DNA of 64,000 nt from the sequence record NC_019411.1; one strand, 5' to 3'. Below, one piece after another: positions 17,991 through 27,449 of this stretch; position 1 is the first letter of the stretch, and every line of letters starts with the position of its first letter. Below the pieces are notes generated by a model, which worked only from the letters and a program-made list of their open reading frames with translations, made no database searches and had not been told where the DNA came from. The position numbers and the translations under genes were made by a program.

Positions 17991-18350
17991 TTGGATCGCA
18001 ACGACCCCGCCAAGCCCCTGTGCAAGATCGCCGTCCTGGCCGGCCCCTTGTGGGAGGTCGACACCGACAACTGCGAGACCCTGCTGGTCCCGGTCAAGGA
18101 TGTCCCTCACCCCTGCGCCGAGAATTTCCAGGACGAGATCGACATGGCCTTCAACATGAGCGGCGAGGCCATGGACTGGCGCCGCGTCGAGGGCTACGCC
18201 GCCGTCCTGCGCGATCCGCGCGGCGCGGACATGTCGCCCGTCGAGGGGCCGTTCGCGACCGCCGAGGAGGCTTTCGCCTACGTCAAGGACCAGTGGAGCG
18301 ACCGCATCCCTGGTTCGATGGGGCTGGCGCCCTACGAGGCCCCGCAATGA
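17991..18350 (+). CDS. hypothetical protein
   Basis: TTG start, GAGGAGG upstream. Confidence 0.65.
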   Translation: MDRNDPAKPLCKIAVLAGPLWEVDTDNCETLLVPVKDVPHPCAENFQDEIDMAFNMSGEAMDWRRVEGYAAVLRDPRGADMSPVEGPFATAEEAFAYVKDQWSDRIPGSMGLAPYEAPQ

Positions 18351-18616
18351 TCAAGGTGACGCGCGGCATGACCTGGGCTGACGCCGGCCGCTGCTCCAAG
18401 ACCGATTGGACCGCGTGGCTCATCCCCGCCGGCCCGCTGATCGCGGCGCTGCCCTTCGCCGCCCTGACCGGCGCGTGCCTGTCGATCAAGGACCCGACCC
18501 ACACCAATCTGGCCATCGCCTTGCTGCCCGGCGCGGCGATGCTCTTCAACGGCTGGATGGCGACGTTCGCCTTCGATCAGTTCCTGCGCGGGCGGGCCGG
18601 CGAGGAGTTGCGCTGA
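18347..18616 (+). CDS. two-TM membrane protein
   Basis: two hydrophobic segments; ATGA coupling. Confidence 0.65.
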   Translation: MIKVTRGMTWADAGRCSKTDWTAWLIPAGPLIAALPFAALTGACLSIKDPTHTNLAIALLPGAAMLFNGWMATFAFDQFLRGRAGEELR

Positions 18617-18617
18617 C

Positions 18618-19046
18618 ATGAAGCTCTTCATCATCATCCTGGCGGCGATCCTGTGGCTGGGTGACACCGCCCGCGCCCAGTCCCTGCCGTTCCGCCTGAC
18701 CCAGCCGCTGAACTACGGCAGTGATCTCCACTACACCGAGACGCGCGACGCGTCCGCCTCGCGCGAGCCGCTCAAGCGGGTGATCGTCGACCTGTCGCGC
18801 TCGTCCACGGTGGTCATCGAACGGGCCTGGACCTATGCCGAACTCGCCGGCGCCCAGACGACCTGCGGCGAGATCGTCCTGAACGGCCGCCGTCAGAGGT
18901 TCGTCCTCCAGGAAGGCCCCAAGACCGCCGTGATCGGCCCGGCGGTGCCCGCCTACTTCTGGTCGCTTGACGTGCCGGACTACCAGTTCCGCAACGCCGG
19001 GTGCCTGCGCGACCGCGCCGCCCTGATCATCCCTCCGAGGTTCTGA
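18618..19046 (+). CDS. putative secreted protein
   Basis: Sec-type signal MKLFIIILAAILWLGDTARA. Confidence 0.7.
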   Translation: MKLFIIILAAILWLGDTARAQSLPFRLTQPLNYGSDLHYTETRDASASREPLKRVIVDLSRSSTVVIERAWTYAELAGAQTTCGEIVLNGRRQRFVLQEGPKTAVIGPAVPAYFWSLDVPDYQFRNAGCLRDRAALIIPPRF

Positions 19047-19062
19047 TCCTGGCGTTCTTGTG

Positions 19063-19117
19063 TTGACAAGGCCGGCGCCGCTGGCCTAGAACGTCGTGGA
19101 CGACAACAGGAGGGACC
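19063..19117 (+). promoter_or_regulatory. cassette promoter
   Basis: TTGACA-N18-TAGAAC...GACGACAAC AGGAGG. Confidence 0.8.
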
Positions 19118-19474
19118 ATGCCGCTCTACGACTTTCCGACCGGACCGACCACGATGGAGGACATCGAGGCGTTCGTCGCCGGCGCCCAGGCGGTGGTGAC
19201 CGCCCAACTGGCCAAGGCCTTTCCCGGCGTGTCCGCGCCGGTGCTGGAGATCGCGCCGGTTCACCCGAGCAGCCAGTTCGCCAAAATCGTCGCGGTCGAC
19301 GCCAGCCAGCGCTCGGCCTGGGCGTTCGTCCGGCTGGAGAACGGCCTGATCTACAAGCCCTCGTCGTGGAAGGTGCCGGCCAAACATGCGCGTGGCACGA
19401 TCCACACCGCCGCGCACGGCGCCGAGTACGTCGACTGGACCGGCCCGCGCTACGTGAAGGACCTGCGTCGATGA
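19118..19474 (+). CDS. hypothetical protein
   Basis: RBS; KFAKIV..SAWAFV..G.IYKPSSWK.PAK..RG pattern. Confidence 0.75.
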   Translation: MPLYDFPTGPTTMEDIEAFVAGAQAVVTAQLAKAFPGVSAPVLEIAPVHPSSQFAKIVAVDASQRSAWAFVRLENGLIYKPSSWKVPAKHARGTIHTAAHGAEYVDWTGPRYVKDLRR

Positions 19475-19737
19475 GGAACTTCTCCGTTCTCCTGTCGCTG
19501 CATGACGAGCGCCGCCTCTACGTGGTCGAGGCGTCGGACCCCGGCAAGGCGGTGGCCTTCGCCAAGCGCGTGGCGGCGGCGCACGACACCGTCGGCTCCA
19601 ACTGGGAGATGGAAGTCGTCTTCCACGGCGCTTCCTACCTCGCCATGAAGGGCGCTTCCGTCAAGGTCATCGATCTGCGCTCCAGCGCGCAGGAACAGGA
19701 ACCGGTGCCGCACGCTCAGCGTGGGGGTGGCTGCTGA
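19471..19737 (+). CDS. hypothetical protein
   Basis: ATGA coupling. Confidence 0.6.
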   Translation: MRNFSVLLSLHDERRLYVVEASDPGKAVAFAKRVAAAHDTVGSNWEMEVVFHGASYLAMKGASVKVIDLRSSAQEQEPVPHAQRGGGC

Positions 19738-20150
19738 TGCGCGTCGAGGACGGAAAGGCCATCGTCGATGACGTCTGGGCGGTGGTCAAGGGCCACCTGC
19801 CCGGCGCCATCCATTTCGTGCGCCTCAACTGGGCCGGTCGCCTGCTGCACGGCGGCGACATGCTCCACTACTGGGGCATCCAACAGCCGACCCAGATTCC
19901 CGGCGTCGCCTATGTCTGGGACGACGAGACCAATGACGGCCCGCTCGGTGGCTGGATGGGTCCGGAGACCAAGATCATCGCCCGCTTCGCCGACCAGCGC
20001 CAGGGCCTGGACGTCCTGCGCGCGGCGATGGAGACCAAGGCGCGCTTCGACGCCCTGGTCCGCCAGGGCGAGGACCTGCTGCTCGCCCTCAAGGTCCAGC
20101 GTGACCAAGCCCTGTTCGCGGCCCTGACCCAGGGGGTTTCCGAGGCATGA
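19737..20150 (+). CDS. hypothetical protein
   Basis: TGATG coupling. Confidence 0.65.
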   Translation: MRVEDGKAIVDDVWAVVKGHLPGAIHFVRLNWAGRLLHGGDMLHYWGIQQPTQIPGVAYVWDDETNDGPLGGWMGPETKIIARFADQRQGLDVLRAAMETKARFDALVRQGEDLLLALKVQRDQALFAALTQGVSEA

Positions 20151-20557
20151 GCTTTGCGATCCGCTACTTCCCCGGCCCGCGTCTGGGCTATGGCAAGGTC
20201 GTTTCCCGGCATGGGATGCACGTCCTCTTTCAGGCCTATGTCGGGAATGAGCCCCAGCCTGGGACCCTGCCCGAGGTCGTTCACTGGGACGACATCATCG
20301 AAGGTCGCTTTGCCTCGGTCGCCAAGGTCATCCTGGCGATCGACGAATCCATGCGCTGGTTCAAGGCCCTGGAAGCCGAACGCGGCGCCGAGCAGTCCGC
20401 CGAGGTCCTCATGACGCATCTGCGGCGCTATGAGCGCGACGACTGCGAGGTTTGCCACGGCGCGCGCGGCGGGGTGCGGGGCAACGAGAACATCGTCGAT
20501 GGCAAGGTGGTCTGCGACTACTGCACCATGGATATCCTCGACGCGAGGAAAAGCTGA
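20147..20557 (+). CDS. hypothetical protein with CxxC..CxxC Zn finger
   Basis: CEVC...CDYC. Confidence 0.65.
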   Translation: MSFAIRYFPGPRLGYGKVVSRHGMHVLFQAYVGNEPQPGTLPEVVHWDDIIEGRFASVAKVILAIDESMRWFKALEAERGAEQSAEVLMTHLRRYERDDCEVCHGARGGVRGNENIVDGKVVCDYCTMDILDARKS

Positions 20558-20772
20558 TGGGGGCCTACGCCTACTGCCAGAACCCTCAGTGCGGCGCGCC
20601 ACAGGATCGCCCGACGGCCCGCGAGGTCGTGGAGCGCGATCGCCGCTGCTACGCCTGCGGCAAGGCCGTCCCGGTCTATGACGACTTGGCCGACGTCCTC
20701 GAACGGATTGAGAGCCGGATCGACGATCTGGAAGCCGAGGTCAAAGCCCTGAAGGAAGGCGGAACCCAATGA
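20557..20772 (+). CDS. small Zn-ribbon/coiled-coil protein
   Basis: CQNPQC...CYAC. Confidence 0.6.
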   Translation: MGAYAYCQNPQCGAPQDRPTAREVVERDRRCYACGKAVPVYDDLADVLERIESRIDDLEAEVKALKEGGTQ

Positions 20773-21170
20773 CCGCGTCACGCCAAGAGATCAAGGACGT
20801 CCTCGACCGCGTGGCGAACCTGCGCGAGCCTGACCGTGATGTCGAGCTTGCCGTCTGGAACGTCGTCAGCACCCAGGGCCGCTGGGCGTGGCACGCTCGC
20901 CACGAGACGATCCACCAGATCGCCAGCAGCGATGGGCGGTACGGCTATGGCATCTGCTCGCTGGAGCGCCTGACCTCGTCGATCAACGACGTGCTGTCGT
21001 TCGCCCACTATGCCGATCTCCATTCTCTCGAACTCCTGGAGAAGGGGCTGGCGCGGGTCAAGTTGCTTCCGCGCCATCTCTACGACCAGGACTATGACGT
21101 CCAATTCTTCCTCTGCCGCGACATGCTCATGGTGATCCTGGAGCATTGTCTTGAGAAAGCCAGCGCATGA
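20769..21170 (+). CDS. hypothetical protein
   Basis: ATGA coupling. Confidence 0.65.
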   Translation: MTASRQEIKDVLDRVANLREPDRDVELAVWNVVSTQGRWAWHARHETIHQIASSDGRYGYGICSLERLTSSINDVLSFAHYADLHSLELLEKGLARVKLLPRHLYDQDYDVQFFLCRDMLMVILEHCLEKASA

Positions 21171-21556
21171 GCTTCGTCTATCTTGCGATCCCCTACACCT
21201 CCCAACTGGAGGACGAGGCCGAAGCCAAGGCCGAGCGTGACGCCCGGATGGTCGAGTTCTGGAAGGCCGCCGCCTTCCTGATCGATCGCGGCGATCACGT
21301 TGTCTCGCCCATGACCTTGGAGCCGGCCCTGGTCGCCGTGCCCGACATGCCCTACCGCTGGGAGCACTGGAAGGAATACTCGATCAAGATGATCGGGATT
21401 TCATCGAAGCTGGTGGTCCTGCAACTGCCCGGCTGGTCGACCAGCCGGGGTGTCATCGGCGAGATGCACGCGGCGGGACAAGCCGGCATCGAGATCGAGT
21501 TCCTGACCCTTCAGACGGTCGCGACGTGGTTGAGCACCAGGGAGATTGAAGCGTGA
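21167..21556 (+). CDS. DUF1937 family (nucleoside deoxyribosyltransferase-like fold)
   Basis: YLAIPYT...VVSP...LVVLQLPGWSTSRGVIGE. Confidence 0.75.
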   Translation: MSFVYLAIPYTSQLEDEAEAKAERDARMVEFWKAAAFLIDRGDHVVSPMTLEPALVAVPDMPYRWEHWKEYSIKMIGISSKLVVLQLPGWSTSRGVIGEMHAAGQAGIEIEFLTLQTVATWLSTREIEA

Positions 21557-22008
21557 TCCAGTTCCTCAAGGACATCACGGGCATCACCGCGCGCGCCGAA
21601 GCCCTGGAGCGCGCAAAAGCCAAGGCCCTGCATGCCGACCGGCTGGCCCAGGCGCGCAAGGTCGGGGAATTTCAGGTGGTGCAGGAAGACCGCAAACTCT
21701 TCCACTATCAACTGTTTCTCACCCCCTCCACGCTCGACGGGTCTTGGTTTTACCTGGGGAGCTACGGCCACATCTGTAGCCGGGTCAACGCCCACTCCTT
21801 CTCGTCTCTGGAAGAGGCCAAGGCGGCGGGCGCGGCGGCGGGCGCTCAATGCCGCGAGCGCATCTCCGGCGAGATGGAGCGCCAGCAGCAGTTCCGCAAC
21901 ATCTACGCCCCGCCGGAGTTCCTGGCCAAATCCGTCAACGCCTTCAAGTCGAGTGAGGACCTGCTGATCGAGGTCGCTCAGGCGGTGTCCCAGAGGTACC
22001 AGCGATGA
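21553..22008 (+). CDS. hypothetical protein
   Basis: GTGA coupling. Confidence 0.65.
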   Translation: MIQFLKDITGITARAEALERAKAKALHADRLAQARKVGEFQVVQEDRKLFHYQLFLTPSTLDGSWFYLGSYGHICSRVNAHSFSSLEEAKAAGAAAGAQCRERISGEMERQQQFRNIYAPPEFLAKSVNAFKSSEDLLIEVAQAVSQRYQR

Positions 22009-22271
22009 GCGGCGTTGACCTGAAGTTCGACACGCTCGCCGACGCCGAGATGGCGGTCGCCCAGGCGCTCTATGAGCACTGGGTGCGGAGCGAGCGCGCT
22101 CGTCATGTAACCTGGAACCTCCCCGGCTGGGTCGAGCCGCCCGCCTGGGCGGACATGAACTGGACCGAGCGCACCCACTGGCTGGTCGAGGCCGGCCTCG
22201 TCGTCGACTGCCTGCTCGAATTCGTCAAGAACAATCCCGGCGCCTATGGAGAGAGCCATGAACCGTCGTGA
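22005..22271 (+). CDS. hypothetical protein
   Basis: ATGA coupling. Confidence 0.6.
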   Translation: MSGVDLKFDTLADAEMAVAQALYEHWVRSERARHVTWNLPGWVEPPAWADMNWTERTHWLVEAGLVVDCLLEFVKNNPGAYGESHEPS

Positions 22272-22878
22272 ACTGATCCTGGGCGCCGGCGCGGTCGTCG
22301 CGGCCTCGGCCCTGCCGAGCGTGGTCGAGGCCGCGCGCATAAAGCCCATTCGACGCTTGCTCCTGGAGAGCGGCTTCGTCCAGCACGAGACCTTCGCCAC
22401 CTCCTGGATGGCGACCTGGACGGAAGACTCCCACGCCTCGCGGCATGCCGAGGTCGTGCGCGCCTGGATCGACGAAACGGTCCAGAGCGGCTATCTCAAG
22501 TGCGGCGGCGAGACCCTCATCCTCGATAAGCACGTGCGGCTTCCGCAGGTGGACTTCACGATCTCGCCGGCCGACAAGGTCTGGTCGCACTGGTCGGGCT
22601 GGGTCGAGGAGGAGGGGCTGAAGGTCGTCGTGCGCGTGCTCGCGTCCGATCCCCAGGTCGATGCGACCTTCGATCCGGTCTATCTGATGAAGACCCGTTG
22701 GCAGGCCGACGGGACCCAGGCCCCGGAGGAGACCCGCTACCTCGTCCGCCGCCCGCTTCTGCGCTACCACGAGGAGCGCGAGCTTCGCTACGCCCTCGGG
22801 GACACCGCCGGCTACTCGCCGAACTCGTTGGTCGAGTTCGACAATAGCTGGCTCCTGGATATGGCGAAGACCGCATGA
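22258..22878 (+). CDS. putative Tat-exported protein
   Basis: MNRRELILGAGAVVAASALPSVVEA. Confidence 0.7.
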   Translation: MNRRELILGAGAVVAASALPSVVEAARIKPIRRLLLESGFVQHETFATSWMATWTEDSHASRHAEVVRAWIDETVQSGYLKCGGETLILDKHVRLPQVDFTISPADKVWSHWSGWVEEEGLKVVVRVLASDPQVDATFDPVYLMKTRWQADGTQAPEETRYLVRRPLLRYHEERELRYALGDTAGYSPNSLVEFDNSWLLDMAKTA

Positions 22879-23378
22879 TCCGCTCGACCGGAGAAGCGCC
22901 CGAGACCCGCGCCGGCCGTCTTGCCGAGGGCTATGCCGTGCAGAAAGCCGCGATCAAGAAGCTGCTGGACAGTCCGCCCGAGGTGGTGAACGCCCATTGG
23001 CAGCACCTGAGCGCGATGATCTGGGCGCACTGTGATCTGCGGGTCCTCGGGGAGTGGCAGGAACGGCCGGTCCGGGGCTGGATCGCCGAGCACATCAACG
23101 CCCCGTTCGACATCTGCCTTTCCCAGGACGGGAACGGCCGCACGATCAGCGATACTGATCTGGCGATCTCGATGATCTCCAATCTGCTCCCGACGGCCTC
23201 GATCGAAATTCGAAAGTGGCCTCCCGGCGGAATCCAAATGCCCTGGGAGTTGAAGCTGGACACGCGCTTCAGCGCCGGCCGCCACCAGGGCCTTCTCTGG
23301 GGTTTCGGCCACAACATCGCCCAGGCCGCTTGGCGCGCCTATTTCAGCTACGTCAACAAGGAGCCCACCGATGTCTGA
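22875..23378 (+). CDS. hypothetical protein
   Basis: ATGA coupling. Confidence 0.65.
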   Translation: MIRSTGEAPETRAGRLAEGYAVQKAAIKKLLDSPPEVVNAHWQHLSAMIWAHCDLRVLGEWQERPVRGWIAEHINAPFDICLSQDGNGRTISDTDLAISMISNLLPTASIEIRKWPPGGIQMPWELKLDTRFSAGRHQGLLWGFGHNIAQAAWRAYFSYVNKEPTDV

Positions 23379-23589
23379 CGTCTTCGACGAGGTCGAGCGC
23401 CGCCTGAACCGCCGGCGTCCTGGCTTCTGGATTCACAAGGTCGCCATCGCGATCATCGTGGTGATCGGCCTGTTGGTCGTCGCCGGCGCCGCCGTCCAGG
23501 TCTTCAACCCGACCCTGGCTGTCCAGTGGCAGGCCAAGCAGGACGCGGCCTATGACCGCGCCTACGAAGAAGCCCGGCGGGCCGAGTGA
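23371..23589 (+). CDS. small membrane protein
   Basis: one TM segment; AAGGAG RBS. Confidence 0.65.
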   Translation: MSDVFDEVERRLNRRRPGFWIHKVAIAIIVVIGLLVVAGAAVQVFNPTLAVQWQAKQDAAYDRAYEEARRAE

Positions 23590-24080
23590 TGGCGATCTTC
23601 GCGCCTGAATACACCTGGGAGGCGATCGGCACCGATGTCGCCGTTGGCCTGACCGAGGCGGTGATCCGGGGCGAGGCCGCGCCGGTCTGCGTCGGCTCCT
23701 CGCTGCACGCCATGGAATTCCACGTCATCTGGCGCGGCGATCTCTACCGGGCCTTCACCGGCATGGGGAGCGATCCCGACTGGACCTGCGCCGAGAAGGG
23801 CGTGCGGGTCCCCCATCCGCTGGACGGCAAGAAGATCGACGAGATCGAGAAGGACCGGCATCGCGACGAGGAACGCTACCGCCGCGAGATCGAGACCATG
23901 CCCGGCCGGCACCTCTACATCTGCCGTAAGACCGATGACCTCCAGGACATCCTCGCCCGCATCCCGATGGACCTGCGGATGCGCCACGAGATGTCGAACA
24001 TGATCACCCTCCTGGCCCGGATGATGCTGGTCCAGAACTCCACCCGCACGCTTTCCCGCTCCAAACTCGACCGGTTCTGA
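23586..24080 (+). CDS. hypothetical protein
   Basis: overlap-coupled ORF. Confidence 0.65.
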   Translation: MMAIFAPEYTWEAIGTDVAVGLTEAVIRGEAAPVCVGSSLHAMEFHVIWRGDLYRAFTGMGSDPDWTCAEKGVRVPHPLDGKKIDEIEKDRHRDEERYRREIETMPGRHLYICRKTDDLQDILARIPMDLRMRHEMSNMITLLARMMLVQNSTRTLSRSKLDRF

Positions 24081-24081
24081 C

Positions 24082-24603
24082 ATGACCACCCAACGCCTCG
24101 ATTTCTCCAGCGACGTCAACTGGCCCCCGAAGGTCGACTTCGATCTCAAGAAGCTGCGCTACGACGTGGCGGTCGAAATCCTGGAGACCCTGTGGCCCAA
24201 GCACCGCCACGACAAGCGCCACGACCTGTCGCTGCTGGGCTCGCTCTGCAAGGTCAAGTTCGGCGCGGCGGGCTTCAAGGCCGACGACATCAAGGAGCAG
24301 ACCCTGGCGGTCATGCGCACGCTCGAAGCGGCCAACTTCGTGCGCAACGACGGCGGCGACTGGCACCTGACGGCGACCGGGGCGATCTGGGTCCTGGTGG
24401 CCCGGACCGCGCCCTCGGGCTGGGCGACCGAGAGCGCCCTGCTCCACCACATCGAACTGGCGACCTTCCCCGCCGCCGAGATCATCTGGGCGGTCGAGTC
24501 CTGCCCCTATTTCCACGTCCGCAAGGGAAGCCTGTTCGACGACAAGGTCTTCGATCTCCAGGCCTACCAGCAGCCGCTCGATGGATGGAACGGATGGCGC
24601 TGA
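24082..24603 (+). CDS. hypothetical protein, winged-helix-like
   Basis: VMRTLEAANFVRNDGGDWHLTATG. Confidence 0.65.
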   Translation: MTTQRLDFSSDVNWPPKVDFDLKKLRYDVAVEILETLWPKHRHDKRHDLSLLGSLCKVKFGAAGFKADDIKEQTLAVMRTLEAANFVRNDGGDWHLTATGAIWVLVARTAPSGWATESALLHHIELATFPAAEIIWAVESCPYFHVRKGSLFDDKVFDLQAYQQPLDGWNGWR

Positions 24604-25130
24604 CCCCCGAGGCCTGGGACAGCCTGATTCTCGACCTGCGGACCGCCGCCGAGGACAAGGACCGCGAGGCCTGGGACGACGCCGTCCAGGCTCTGGAAGC
24701 CGCCTTCGATGAGCATGTCGAGGGACCGCTGGAGAGCCATCCCAACACCCTGGCCTGGAAGAAGAGCCTCGAAGAGAAGACGCGGTTCATGGCCGGCTGG
24801 CGCCACTGGGGCGGCGGGGCGCGCGACGTCCCCGACGCCTACCGGGGCGACCCGCACTTCAACCGGGGCCGGGCCGGCGCGGCGATCGCCCAGGACATGA
24901 GCGCCGTGAAGGACCTTGACGCGTGTCACCATCCGGTCAAGCATCGGATCGCCGGCGGGGATAATCAGGTCCTGCCGCGCCACCCGGCCGTCTACGGCTC
25001 CTACGCGGTCGAAATCTGCCGCCTCTGCCGGGGGTGGACCCTGGTTCAGCACGGGACGCCCCGGTGGCGTCCTGGTCCGTACTATGACGCCTACGAGAAG
25101 GCGACGCGCGAGGAAGAGGAGCGCTGCTGA
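24594..25130 (+). CDS. hypothetical protein
   Basis: start MALTPE. Confidence 0.65.
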   Translation: MALTPEAWDSLILDLRTAAEDKDREAWDDAVQALEAAFDEHVEGPLESHPNTLAWKKSLEEKTRFMAGWRHWGGGARDVPDAYRGDPHFNRGRAGAAIAQDMSAVKDLDACHHPVKHRIAGGDNQVLPRHPAVYGSYAVEICRLCRGWTLVQHGTPRWRPGPYYDAYEKATREEEERC

Positions 25131-25825
25131 TGCTCTATGTGTTCGGGGATATCCACGGCCGCCTCGACCTCCTGGAGAAGGCGCGACACGAAATCCGTGT
25201 ACGCGGCGACTGCACGCAGATGATCTTCCTCGGGGACTATGTCGATCGCGGTCCCGAGAGCAAGGGCGTCGTCGAGGCCGTGATGGCGCTTCAGGCCCAG
25301 GGCGAGATCGCCCTGATGGGCAACCACGAGGAAATGATGCTGATCGCCTGTCAGATCAAGTCCTACAACGCCATGTCCAAGCTCTGGGTGTCGAACGGCG
25401 GCAAGCAGACCCTGAAGTCCTACGGGGCCGGCGACAATGCCTGGAACGCCAAATGGGACCTGATCCCCCAGGAGCACGTCGACTGGCTGGCGCGGCTCAA
25501 GCCGATCCACGAGACGCCGGGGCGGGTGTTCGTCCACGCGGGCCTCGCGCCGGGGGTGGCGATCAAGATGCAGGAGGAGGAACACCTTCTCTGGATCAGG
25601 GACAAGTTCCTCAACGCCTCGGCCGACCAGTTCGAAAAGCACGTCGTCCACGGCCACACCCACACCCATGCGCGCAAGAAGATCGAAGAGCCCGAGCTTC
25701 TCGCGCATCGGACCAACCTCGACACCGGGGCCTTCTACACGGGCGTCCTGGCCGTCGGGGTGTTCGACCCGGACGGCTACGGCGGACCCGAGGAGGTGCT
25801 GTTGATCCGCGAGGACGACGCATGA
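25130..25825 (+). CDS. calcineurin-like metallophosphoesterase (Ser/Thr protein phosphatase, lambda NinI/PrpA type)
   Basis: GDIHG, GDYVDRG, GNHE, HGHT motifs. Confidence 0.9.
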   Translation: MLYVFGDIHGRLDLLEKARHEIRVRGDCTQMIFLGDYVDRGPESKGVVEAVMALQAQGEIALMGNHEEMMLIACQIKSYNAMSKLWVSNGGKQTLKSYGAGDNAWNAKWDLIPQEHVDWLARLKPIHETPGRVFVHAGLAPGVAIKMQEEEHLLWIRDKFLNASADQFEKHVVHGHTHTHARKKIEEPELLAHRTNLDTGAFYTGVLAVGVFDPDGYGGPEEVLLIREDDA

Positions 25826-26406
25826 TCCCCGACTTCGTCCAGAAGGCTCGCAAGCTCCTGGGCCTCTATGGGGACAAGCCGAAGGTCAAGCCGGTCGATC
25901 CCGCCGCGCCGCTGGGCGGGGCGATCGTCGGCCAGGGCTTCGGCTTCCCAGTCCCGCAGGTCCCTTCCGGGAGCAGCCACGGTGCCTTGGGCGGCCCTGG
26001 CGGCGGATCGATCCACACCGGCTCGGGTCGCGGCGTCATCATGATGGGGGCAGGCGGTGGCGGCTCGGCCCAAATCCTGGTCTATAACGGCGCGACGACG
26101 ACGTGGGCGCCAATGCCCGAGGCCGTGGTCAAGACGGTCGAGAAGCCCAAGACGCGGCCGGGTCTGACGGCGGGAGAGGACGAGGTCATCACGACCATGG
26201 TTCGCTATGGCGATGTCGAACTGGTCCTGGAGCGCGACCGCAGGTTCGCCTTCGTCCGTTTCGGCCTGGAGCTTGCCTATCCCCGCGTCTCGGGCCGGAT
26301 GCTCAAGTCCTTGATCAAGAAGGGCTATCTGAAAGCTATCGAGCATGACGAGATGGGCGGGCCGCAGGTGGTGGTGGTCGTGGCGGGCAAGGTCGCGGTC
26401 TGCTGA
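25822..26406 (+). CDS. hypothetical protein, Gly-rich linker, C-terminal wHTH-like DExG motif
   Basis: SGRMLKSLIKKGYLKAIEHDEMG. Confidence 0.65.
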   Translation: MIPDFVQKARKLLGLYGDKPKVKPVDPAAPLGGAIVGQGFGFPVPQVPSGSSHGALGGPGGGSIHTGSGRGVIMMGAGGGGSAQILVYNGATTTWAPMPEAVVKTVEKPKTRPGLTAGEDEVITTMVRYGDVELVLERDRRFAFVRFGLELAYPRVSGRMLKSLIKKGYLKAIEHDEMGGPQVVVVVAGKVAVC

Positions 26407-26426
26407 ATTTTGTTGGCGTTAGAACG

Positions 26427-26483
26427 TTGACAGCCTCGGCGTGATGTCATAAAAGCCTCCTCGACGACAACGAGGAGGCCCAC
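26427..26483 (+). promoter_or_regulatory. cassette promoter with 9-bp RBS-occluding inverted repeat
   Basis: TTGACA-N17-TAAAAG; GCCTCCTCG-ACGACAA-CGAGGAGGC. Confidence 0.85.
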
Positions 26484-26903
26484 ATGGCTTACGCAATTCC
26501 GGACCTGAGCACGTTCACGTTCCACGACCCCAAGGTCGAACGGTTCGCCAAGGCGATGATCTCGACGATCGAGACTGCTCAGACCATCCTCACGGCCTTC
26601 GCCAACGATCTCGCCGACAATCCTCTTCAGGCGTTCGAGCATAGCTACGGCGCCAAGATGGCCGCCGCCCACAGGGACGTCGCCAAGGGGCTGCTCAACG
26701 AGGTTCTCGACGCGCTGCTGCACGGTCAGGACAAGACCTGGGCCTACATCGGCCAGGACCTGCGCGAGCGGCTGATGTATCGCGTGATCTACGCGGCCTC
26801 GAACCCGCCGCGCTCGACCAACGTCGAAGGCAACGACATGGCCCGCTTCGTCCTGCGCGCCGAGGCCGACATGCTCGACCGCATGACCAAGAGCCGCTTC
26901 TGA
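26484..26903 (+). CDS. hypothetical protein
   Basis: RBS behind promoter. Confidence 0.75.
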   Translation: MAYAIPDLSTFTFHDPKVERFAKAMISTIETAQTILTAFANDLADNPLQAFEHSYGAKMAAAHRDVAKGLLNEVLDALLHGQDKTWAYIGQDLRERLMYRVIYAASNPPRSTNVEGNDMARFVLRAEADMLDRMTKSRF

Positions 26904-27217
26904 TGCGGATCGTCGACTTCGCGACGTTCGTGACGCTTCCGGCTGGGACCCTCTACCAGGAGATCGACCAGTACGGGAGCCCCATCAGCGCCCTGGCGAT
27001 CCGCCACGACGTGCTGTTCGACGGCGATCGCCCGTTCGACTTCATCTACGAGGAAATCCTCTACCAGACGGCCGACGGCTTCCTGGGCGACCCGCCGAAG
27101 CTGGCCGAGTTGGGGACCAAGCGCTGGGGGCTCTTCGATGACGAGACCCTGTTCATCGTCTACGAGACGCAGGACCGCGCCCGGCTGGCCAAGATCATCC
27201 TGGGAGACGCCGCATGA
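26903..27217 (+). CDS. hypothetical protein
   Basis: TGATG coupling. Confidence 0.65.
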   Translation: MRIVDFATFVTLPAGTLYQEIDQYGSPISALAIRHDVLFDGDRPFDFIYEEILYQTADGFLGDPPKLAELGTKRWGLFDDETLFIVYETQDRARLAKIILGDAA

Positions 27218-27435
27218 AGCCGCAGACCCAGAGGACCTTCATCCTGTCCGGCGTGGGCTTCTTCCTCGGCTTCCTGCTGGTGTTTGGCTTCATGAGCGCC
27301 ACGCAGGCCTCCTACAACCGAGGCTATCGAGACGCCAAGGCCGACACGCGCCGGGACGAGCCGGCATGCTTCGTCACCGAGCGCTGCTATCTGGGCCAGG
27401 ACGCCGACGGGCGGTGGTTCATCGAGCCGAAATAG
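27214..27435 (+). CDS. small membrane protein
   Basis: N-terminal TM segment. Confidence 0.65.
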   Translation: MKPQTQRTFILSGVGFFLGFLLVFGFMSATQASYNRGYRDAKADTRRDEPACFVTERCYLGQDADGRWFIEPK

Positions 27436-27449
27436 TTGGCGTTCAAGTG

